Assembly (NCBI GenBank): GCA_051294375.1 | Contig: CM119270.1 | Location: 6,252,828 to 6,270,897 of the forward strand | DNA length: 18,070 nucleotides | Direction of reading: 5' to 3' | Origin: Paraspadella gotoi | Taxonomy: Eukaryota; Animalia; Chaetognatha | Notes under the pieces: generated by a model | Databases searched by the model: none | What the model was told of the DNA's origin: nothing | What the model saw: the letters and a program-made list of their open reading frames with translations, nothing else | Translations under genes and position numbers: made by a program | Part shown: positions 10,525 through 18,070 of the stretch, one piece after another | Numbering within the stretch: position 1 is the stretch's first letter | Layout: the number at the start of each line of letters is the position of its first letter

Positions 10525-10594
<70 letters not shown>
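10497..10594. repeat. (CT)n microsatellite
   Basis: Dinucleotide run, reverse-complementary to 10302-10384. Confidence 0.96.
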
Positions 10595-10595
<1 letters not shown>

Positions 10596-11117
10596 ATTCT
10601 CAGGCCAATTGACCTTCCCTCTCCCTTTTTCCAACTTCACCGCTTCCTACACATTCGCGTTCTCGTTTCAAGGTTCTCAACTTTTTTGCCCCCCCCCAAA
10701 AAAATGGTCATTTTGAAAATGTTTGACCTTAACTTTGTGGCCGTCGCAAAACTTTTTTTTCCCCAAAATTTAGTTTGCGTGGTTGTTGGGTTTCTCATAA
10801 CTTCATAAGGATTTAGTTTGTTTTACTTTGATAAATCTGGGAAAACTAGTTTTGTAGTAAGTAAACTGTTGAAAGAGTGAATGGATTCCTCTTTATTATT
10901 TTCCTATTCTTGTACTTACTTCTGCCCCTTACAACTGTTCTTTGCCTATCGTCTCCATATTCTTTCCCCCTACCCCTTCCTCCTCCTTCCTCCCTCCTCC
11001 TTCCTCCTCCTCCTCCTCCTCCCCTCCGGGGTCAAAGGAGCCTCGCTTCTCTCGTTTATGACTCATCGAATCTCGGATCCGAAAATTTCGTCACCCGGCG
11101 CAAAAATGCGGAACTCT

Positions 11118-11417
11118 GATGGAAAGAGGGAAAAGGCGACTTTTGATGGTGGGAAAGAGGGAAAAGGGCATTTGATGGGAAAGAGGGAAAAAGGGCGATT
11201 TGATGGGAAAGAGGGGAAAAGGGCGACTTTGATGGGAAAGAGGGGAAAATGGCGCAACTTTGATGGCGGAAAAGAGGGGAAAATGGCGACTTTTGATGCG
11301 GAAAGAGCGGGAAAAGGCGAATTTGATGGGGATAGAGGCGGAAAAGGGCGATTTTGATAGGGAAAGAGGGGAAAATGGCCGACTTTGATGGGAACAGATA
11401 GAAAAAAGATCGAGTTT
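11118..11417 (+). repeat. Minisatellite, about 10 copies of a 29-30 bp unit (consensus GATGGGAAAGAGGGGAAAAGGGCGACTTT)
   Basis: Units start at about 11118, 11145, 11174, 11202, 11231, 11262, 11295, 11325, 11356 and 11387. The last unit is degenerate. Confidence 0.93.
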
Positions 11418-11581
11418 CAATGGAGCAAAGAGACTTTGCTTTGAAAAGAGAAGAAAAGATAGGTAGCAGATGGGAACGATGTCTAAAAGAACGACTTATG
11501 GGAAAGAGAGCGCGAGGCTTACTTTCAAGGAAAAATCAATCAGCCACTAATTGCCAATAGTAATGGAAGAAGACTATTACC

Positions 11582-11949
11582 AACCGGTAAACCAAAAATT
11601 TTGATGGAAAAGTTTTTTAGTGTGAATTAATTCCAGTGAACCGGTAGCCAAACGAAGAGCAAAACATACGAGAGTACACTAAAGAAGGCACCCACAGGCG
11701 AACGAGACGAACACAAGAACAAGGAAATTGAAAAAGTGTGTCTGTCGTCAAGAACACAACCGGTTTCCCTTTAAACTCCATTTGAAAATCCCTTCTCCCA
11801 TTACGACCTCTCCGACTCTCTCTCCTGGCGCCTCCCAAAGGTGCGGAGGCCGCCAAACCATCGTCGTCGTCGTCGTCGTCGTTCCGTTCGTCGTCGGTTT
11901 CGCTTCGTCAGTTCGTCGTCGTCGTCGTCGTCGTTCTCACGCAACCGGT
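11582..11949. promoter_or_regulatory. Cluster of four AACCGGT motifs (Grainyhead/CP2-like sites), putative enhancer
   Basis: AACCGGT at 11582, 11639, 11758 (AACCGGTTT) and 11943. Function is inferred only from similarity to the motif. Confidence 0.3.
11860..11934. repeat. Interrupted (TCG)n microsatellite
   Basis: Two (TCG)n runs joined by a degenerate linker. Confidence 0.9.
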
Positions 11950-12537
11950 GGTCAAGGTTGCATTGGATTCCATTTCAATCGCCGGTCTGGATTGGGGAGA
12001 AAGGAAAGAAAGAAAGAAACATAATACACTGCGTGGCTGGTGACAGCGGGTGGCGGGGAGGGATTTTAAGGGGGAAGGGAATGAGGAGGATTTTAAGGGG
12101 AGAGGAAGGGAAGAGAAGTCCGGAACGAACGTAAAGGCAACATTGACAGGGAGAAGGGGGGGAGAGTTACACGCGAAGCGATTTTCAATCAGATCCGATT
12201 CTTTTGAAAAATGAGTAAAGGAAAGAAAAGAGGAGATGTGTGTGTTCAAGAAAGGAAAGGAAGGAAAGGAGGCAGCGAAAATAAGGAAAGGGGATGGAGG
12301 AGGAAAGGAATGGAACAAGGGACGAATCTCGACGGCGAGAAAACGCGGACCCGCCTCCTTGATTGACCCTGAATGAGGCTTTAGAACTTCCCCCTAGTTC
12401 CCGACCTCTCTCTCTCTCTCTCTCTCCTCTCCCCTCTATCTCTCTGACTCCCATTTCAACAACGCGTTAAGACGTCCCCTTTTGATCCGTATTACGATAC
12501 GCTGAGGCTAACACGAAAACGCTTACCATTCCCATCA

Positions 12538-12632
12538 CTTTCTTCTCCTCTTCTCTCTCTTTCTCTCTCTCCTCTCTCTCTCTCTCTCTCTTTCATCTCT
12601 CTCCTCTCTCTCTCTCTCTTCTCTCTCTCTCT
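12538..12632. repeat. (CT)n microsatellite
   Basis: Interrupted CT run. Confidence 0.93.
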
Positions 12633-13187
12633 GAATTTTAACCGATGCATAAATAATTCATTCACAAATCGCAGTTACAGGGAAACACGCGGACTTTATT
12701 TCCATTCCTTCCTTCCTTCTTTTTCTTTTCTTATTTTTCCCCAATCATTTGAGTACAAGTTTTATAATATTTAATAATAATAGTATTTGAAGCAATAGCA
12801 ATTCTTTATTCATCTTCGTTTTTCTCTCCCGTCTCTTTTTTTAAATTTCTCTCTAAAACTCTATATTTTGTCCATTGAAAAGTATTTATTTTTTATCTTT
12901 TTTAAATTTTCACGGAACTAAAGTTTTTTTTTCGTTTTAACTTCTACCATTCTTCATCTTCACATATATTTTATACTTATTTACCACAGATAGTAGACAC
13001 AATCCATTTTTTCAGCAAATTTCTCCATTTCACATTTCTCTCCATCCACAAACGGTCCATTTATTTTCCATTTCCATTTTTTCTTCTTTCCGCATTTGTT
13101 GACGTCTTCTTCCAAGTTGAAAACGAATCCAATAAGGATGCAAATGAACAAATGAACAACGAGGGGGTCGACGGATTATCATGAATA

Positions 13188-13232
13188 TCGTCGTCGTCGT
13201 CATTCGTCGTCCTCGTCGTCGTCGTCGCCGCC
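13188..13232. repeat. Interrupted (TCG)n microsatellite
   Basis: TCG/GTC triplet run. Confidence 0.88.
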
Positions 13233-13780
13233 GACTCCGCCTTTTCTTTCGATAAATTATGTATCACCTGTAACTCGGAACAATCGAAGCGAAAGTCTAT
13301 TTTCTTTTTCTCTTTTTTTTTATGTCGCTTTCTTTTTTTTTCTTCTTCTTTTTCTATTATTTCCACTTCGTAATTCTCTATCTATATGCTTAGTAAACAG
13401 TCTTAAAATTAATGCAATACTCATATTCATTTATTTGAGAGTTCATTTTAGTCTTTGTAATTCCATTGTAAGTCCTGCTAAGATTTTTATCTTTTGGTCT
13501 CCTTTCCTGTTTTTTCGGTTCCTCTATTACGTTGACTTCAAAAATGGTTGGGGACGGACAGTGAGAAATTCCCGTTTTAACCTGTTTTTTTTTCTTCTCT
13601 TTCCTTGCGACGAGGTGAAAGAGAAAGAAAAGAAAGAAAAAAAGGAAATAACGTATAGGTAACATTAAGGCACGAGGAGGTAAATATTAAAGAATATTAC
13701 GACGCAAAAACAATTATGAAGAAGATGATTACCATCGTAAAATCTATGAAACATTCGTTATAAACAAGAAGAAACAATTA

Positions 13781-13907
13781 NNNNNNNNNNNNNNNNNNNN
13801 NNNNNNNNNNNNNNNNNNNNNNNNNNNNNNNNNNNNNNNNNNNNNNNNNNNNNNNNNNNNNNNNNNNNNNNNNNNNNNNNNNNNNNNNNNNNNNNNNNNN
13901 NNNNNNN
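13781..13907. other. Assembly gap (127 N)
   Basis: N run. Confidence 0.99.
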
Positions 13908-14369
13908 TCCCCTCCTTTCCTCCAGTGTTCCCCTCCTTTCCTCTTTTCGACCTGGAAGGTAATGGAATTGGGAACATGGACATTTCTCCCAAGTTGTTTT
14001 TTCTTGTTCCTCAGTCTGGGGCCGAAAAAAAAAGAGAGGTGAGGAAGAAAGGTGATGAGAAGGTGAAGGAGTAAGGGGAGGTGGGGGAGAGCTGAGGAGC
14101 GAAATTATTGGAAAGGAAAAGGTAAGGTCAAATGTGATTCGCTAAATATAGAGGTTTGTAGTTTTAAGAGGCGCAATATTCCATGAAATAAGATATTTCA
14201 GAGGTTTCAACAAAACTTATAAAGAGAAAATGGTAAAAACGTCACATCGCAAGATTAGTTGAACAAGAAGGCGAAACGTGGGAGAGTCGAAGGAGGGAAG
14301 GTTCCTATTACGCTCGAATAGGTCACCTCATTTAAAAAAGAAAGAAAAAAAAAGGAAAAAAGAAAAAAA

Positions 14370-14718
14370 GTCATCTCCAGAAGGAAAAGGGAGACGTTGA
14401 ATCCTCGGAGAGAGGCCGAGGGGGGGGGCGTTCTCTCCGGGGGAAAAGCGTGGCGATTCTCGGTGGAAATGATTGAGGGCGTCTTCGTTTTTGGCATCAT
14501 CGTTGTCACCATTGGCGTCGTCGTCGTCCGTCCGTCCATTGTCGTCGTCGTTGCGATTGTCGTCGGTCGCTCGTTTCGTTGTTCGTCGGCTGAATGAGCG
14601 TCACCGTCTGTTGTTAACGTCGTCAGTAATTTTATTCATAGCCTATTTGATGAATGAATGGAGAATTCTGTTGAATCGATTTCATGATTGAAATGTAAGC
14701 AATTGATTCGGGTTCCAC
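14370..14718 (-). other. Candidate exon (unproven), Asp/Asn- or Thr-rich low-complexity reading
   Basis: Minus-strand T-rich tract followed by TTATTGCAG|GTGG at 14719/14718. Sequence with a triplet rhythm follows, but every frame contains a stop. The 3' boundary is undefined. Confidence 0.2.
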
Positions 14719-14887
14719 CTGCAATAAATAACAACTTTCAAAAAAACGAAAATAAAACCAAAAACATGTCTCCCTTCGAAAATATGTTTTTTCAAAATTC
14801 TCTTAATCGTCAAAAAAAAAAAGTTGTGAGGGTTTCAAAGTTTAATCTTTGCGCTTGATGAATGGGGACAAGAGCAAAGTACAACAG

Positions 14888-14939
14888 TCTCTCTCTTCAT
14901 CTCTCTCTCCTCTCTCTCTCTCTCTCTCGTCTCTCTTCT

Positions 14940-14970
<31 letters not shown>
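14888..14970. repeat. (CT)n microsatellite
   Basis: Interrupted CT run. Confidence 0.93.
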
Positions 14971-14974
<4 letters not shown>

Positions 14975-15221
14975 GAAAAACCCTTTTCTTCTCGTTTTAC
15001 TTTGTTTCTCATATTTATTCCCTCTTCTTTACCTCCCCGTTCAAAAGTCGCAACCTCACCATTTATCACCGTTCCCTTACCTTCCCTTACCTTCGCACTA
15101 ATTCCGAGAAGATGTTCACCCTTTGAGGTTTTTTTTTCTTTCTCTCCCTCTTCCTCCTTCCTCCTTCACTTCCTTCTCCTCTTCCTCTTCTTCCTCACCT
15201 TGAGGGAAGATACCAATTCAC

Positions 15222-15268
15222 CTTTTGTGGCTCGGGTTTCCTCGTCGCCGGCTTCTCTGGCTGATGAC
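15222..15268 (-). other. Candidate 47-nt mini-exon (an alternative donor gives 15199-15268)
   Basis: Minus strand has a polypyrimidine tract and TTTCTTTCAG|G acceptor, a GC-richer body, and donors AAG|GTGAAT and AAG|GTGAGG. Confidence 0.25.
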
Positions 15269-15475
15269 CTGAAAGAAAGTTGGAAGGGAGGAAAGAAAGA
15301 AAGAAAGATAGTAAGAAGAGGAAAAATAAAGAAAGAAAAAGAGAAAGAAAGAAAGAGAGCAAAAAAGACAGAAACAGTTAAAAAAATAAGAAGCGTAAAG
15401 GGATATAGTGTGGCGGTATATTCACACCGCCTCACGTCCACAATAGATAGAAAAACAAGAAGAAACAGTAGAAGA

Positions 15476-15586
15476 ATGAAAGCAAAAAGAAGGAAAAAAA
15501 GAGATAATGAAAGAAAGAAAGAAAAAAAAAGATTATGAAAGAAAGAAAGAAGGAAAGAAAGAAAGAATAAAAGAAAGAAAGAAAAA

Positions 15587-15628
<42 letters not shown>

Positions 15629-15712
15629 CATAGAAAGAGGATGAGAAGATTTAGAGAAAAAAAAAGAAAGACAAAAAGATAGAAAGGAAAGAAGAAAGAA
15701 AAAAAAGAAAGA
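15476..15712. repeat. (AAAG)n-rich polypurine tract
   Basis: AAAG tetranucleotide core at about 15538-15620 within A/G-rich sequence. Confidence 0.92.
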
Positions 15713-15821
15713 ATATTCGAAGATGAAAAGATTTCCTTCTTGTGAGGACAGGAGGCAAAGAAGGAAGAGGACAAGTTTAAGAGGAAAGTTCAAGTGGAGG
15801 ATTTTTCCTTCCATAATCTGT

Positions 15822-15860
15822 GTCGTCGTTGTTGTCGTCGTTGTCGTCGTTGTCGTCGTC
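15822..15860. repeat. (GTC/GTT)n trinucleotide repeat
   Basis: GTCGTCGTT-type run. Confidence 0.9.
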
Positions 15861-15928
15861 CTTGTTAACGTCCTCACATTTTTTCTGTCATTTTCGCCTA
15901 CTTTTTTTTGTCGCCAACGCTGAAAAAG

Positions 15929-15934
<6 letters not shown>

Positions 15935-15983
<49 letters not shown>

Positions 15984-15992
15984 CAGAGAGAG
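15935..15992. repeat. (AG)n microsatellite
   Basis: Nearly pure AG run. Confidence 0.96.
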
Positions 15993-16035
15993 ATTTAACT
16001 TTGGCTGACCCTCTCGAATTGGTGATGGTCAGTTT

Positions 16036-16161
16036 TGATCCATACTTGACCCAAGTTTTCCACAGCGAACGGCTCTTGACCCGCGCTTTTATCCATGACC
16101 CATTTTTGACCCGGAATTTTATTTTTGACCCAGGATTTTATACATGACCAAATTTTGACCC
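16036..16161 (+). repeat. Degenerate minisatellite built of 11- and 19-bp subunits, each carrying TGACCC
   Basis: TGACCC-like hexamers at 16036, 16047, 16077, 16096, 16107, 16126, 16145 and 16156, with spacings 11, 30, 19, 11, 19, 19, 11. Confidence 0.8.
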
Positions 16162-16953
16162 GATTTTTCGCTAACTTTGCTCTGTCCTCGGAAATTGAAT
16201 TTTCTTGTTTTTATTATTTTTTTTGTTTTAGAAGGATGCTCGGTTATAGTTGACACCGACTGACAAAAAAAAACAAATCCTAAACACTGTACTGTATTAA
16301 ATAAAATTATTCTGTTTAACATATGATTTCTCAGTCGCCATCCTTTCCATCTAATTTCTTCCTATTTGACAACTACTTCTCCATATTTCTCCAATTTCTC
16401 CTTTCTTTCTCCCTGACATCCTCCTTCTCCTCCTCCCCTCCTCCTCTTCCTCCTCCTCTTCCTTCTCCTCCCCCTTCTTCCTCTAATCGCCGACCATCAA
16501 GCGTCCAGCGTCCGAGGGACTTTTTAAATTGACCCTCGGCGACTTCCGGCCTCCAGTCAGTCTTAAATCTCCGCCCCCTCTCTTTCCTTTTCTTTATTCC
16601 CTTTCTTTTTTATTTTCTTTCTTTCTTTCCTCTCATCTTTCTTTATTTATTCTTTCTGCTTTTCTAGAGTTTAACATACTAGTTGTCTTAAATTAACGGC
16701 TTTAGGTTAAATTTACAAACTATCATTTTATCACGTTTCTTTTCTTTCTGGTTTCCCTCCTCCCTTATTAATTTTTTTTCCCCTCGTAATCTCTATCTTT
16801 CCTTCTTTTCTTTTCTCCTCTCTTCTCCCACGATTACCTTAAATCTTCTTCTTCAGCCAAAAGAGAAAAAAAAAATCATCCTTCATTCTTTTTTTCTTCT
16901 TGAGAATCTTCTTTTTTTCCTTTTCTTTCTTTTATTTTCTTTCCTCCACTTTC

Positions 16954-17031
16954 NNNNNNNNNNNNNNNNNNNNNNNNNNNNNNNNNNNNNNNNNNNNNNN
17001 NNNNNNNNNNNNNNNNNNNNNNNNNNNNNNN
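16954..17031. other. Assembly gap (78 N)
   Basis: N run. Confidence 0.99.
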
Positions 17032-17259
17032 AAAATGGTAAAAGCAAAATGAGCTTAAATAATACAGATGACGGTACAGGAACTACCATATAATACCATA
17101 CTACTATATATTACCATACTATTACATACAATTCAGAAAATCTTTTTTTTTTTCAAAAAAATTAATTAATTCAAAAACAATTTAAGAGTCAAAAGGTTTG
17201 AAAAAACCGGAAAGAAAAGCGCTCCCATCGGCTATAACCTAGAGATGCTCCAGCAAGCA

Positions 17260-17434
17260 NNNNNNNNNNNNNNNNNNNNNNNNNNNNNNNNNNNNNNNNN
17301 NNNNNNNNNNNNNNNNNNNNNNNNNNNNNNNNNNNNNNNNNNNNNNNNNNNNNNNNNNNNNNNNNNNNNNNNNNNNNNNNNNNNNNNNNNNNNNNNNNNN
17401 NNNNNNNNNNNNNNNNNNNNNNNNNNNNNNNNNN
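17260..17434. other. Assembly gap (175 N)
   Basis: N run. Confidence 0.99.
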
Positions 17435-17529
17435 CCCCCTCTCCTCTCTTTAACCGACGTCCGTCCTACAAGCGCTGGTCATTTCCTCTCCTCATGATTG
17501 AGATGATGTCCCTTTCATGAAGGCAGGCG

Positions 17530-17762
17530 NNNNNNNNNNNNNNNNNNNNNNNNNNNNNNNNNNNNNNNNNNNNNNNNNNNNNNNNNNNNNNNNNNNNNNN
17601 NNNNNNNNNNNNNNNNNNNNNNNNNNNNNNNNNNNNNNNNNNNNNNNNNNNNNNNNNNNNNNNNNNNNNNNNNNNNNNNNNNNNNNNNNNNNNNNNNNNN
17701 NNNNNNNNNNNNNNNNNNNNNNNNNNNNNNNNNNNNNNNNNNNNNNNNNNNNNNNNNNNNNN
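17530..17762. other. Assembly gap (233 N)
   Basis: N run. Confidence 0.99.
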
Positions 17763-18070
17763 AGAGAGAGAGAGAAAATGAATATTTTTTTTTTCAATTT
17801 TGTTTAGAAAAAGAATCAGTTGTCCTTTTGTTGATGGACAATCGTCATTGAGAATGAAAAGAGATAAAAAAAAATGGCGGCGGACCTTGGAAAGAAAAAA
17901 GAAAAAAAAAACTGAATAAAAAAAAAGACAAAATTAAATTAAAAAAAAATGAGAAAAAAAAGGAATGGAAAAAAAAAAGTGAAATGTTGAAGGATGAGTA
18001 GATATTTATTAAAAATGAATAAATGGAGACGACGACGACGACAGAAACCGGGCTGAAGGATTGCCGAGAT

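Noticed and set aside
11118-11417. CRISPR-like array, since the unit length is about 30 bp
   Set aside because: Units are head-to-tail with no unique spacers, there are no cas genes, and the context is eukaryotic.
13185-13300. Signal-peptide-like reading SSSSFVVLVVVVAADSAFSFDKLCITCNSEQSKRK
   Set aside because: It is preceded by an in-frame TGA with no in-frame ATG, and the hydrophobic core is simply the (GTC)n repeat.
13666-13674. TAAGGCACG matches the first 9 nt of miR-124
   Set aside because: The match ends after 9 nt and I see no complementary arm to form a precursor hairpin.
17081-17128. Short degenerate ACTACCAT repeat
   Set aside because: Too short and irregular to interpret.
895-17807. 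The many ORFs in the supplied track (poly-ER, poly-SL, poly-R/S/T/V, F/L-rich, X-containing)
   Set aside because: They are translations of AG/CT, AAAG and ACG repeats, T-rich tracts or N-gaps, which lack stop codons by composition. Many use non-ATG starts, overlap on both strands and are not preserved between the duplicated copies.

Overview
This is low-complexity, microsatellite-dense eukaryotic DNA, most likely intronic or intergenic sequence from an invertebrate animal draft assembly. The taxon cannot be fixed from sequence alone. There are six N-gaps and many single-base indels of the kind left by unpolished long reads. The largest structure is a direct duplication: 1-2811 recurs at about 3741-7202. 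The first copy stops exactly at a 100-N gap, so this is probably a false duplication or a pair of haplotypes rather than real biology. The rest is (AG/CT)n, (AAAG)n and (ACG)n tracts, several small minisatellites (about 29-30 bp, 19 bp, 42 bp and a TGACCC-rich 11+19 bp unit) and short unique islands. No listed ORF is a recognisable protein, and nearly all are translations of simple repeats. I found no rRNA, tRNA, CRISPR array, transposase or prokaryote-style system. The best leads are all modest: DR5-spaced nuclear-receptor half-sites (16006-16161), a Grainyhead-like AACCGGT cluster (11582-11949), unique islands bracketed by complementary GA/TC tracts, and a few unproven exon candidates, mainly on the minus strand.
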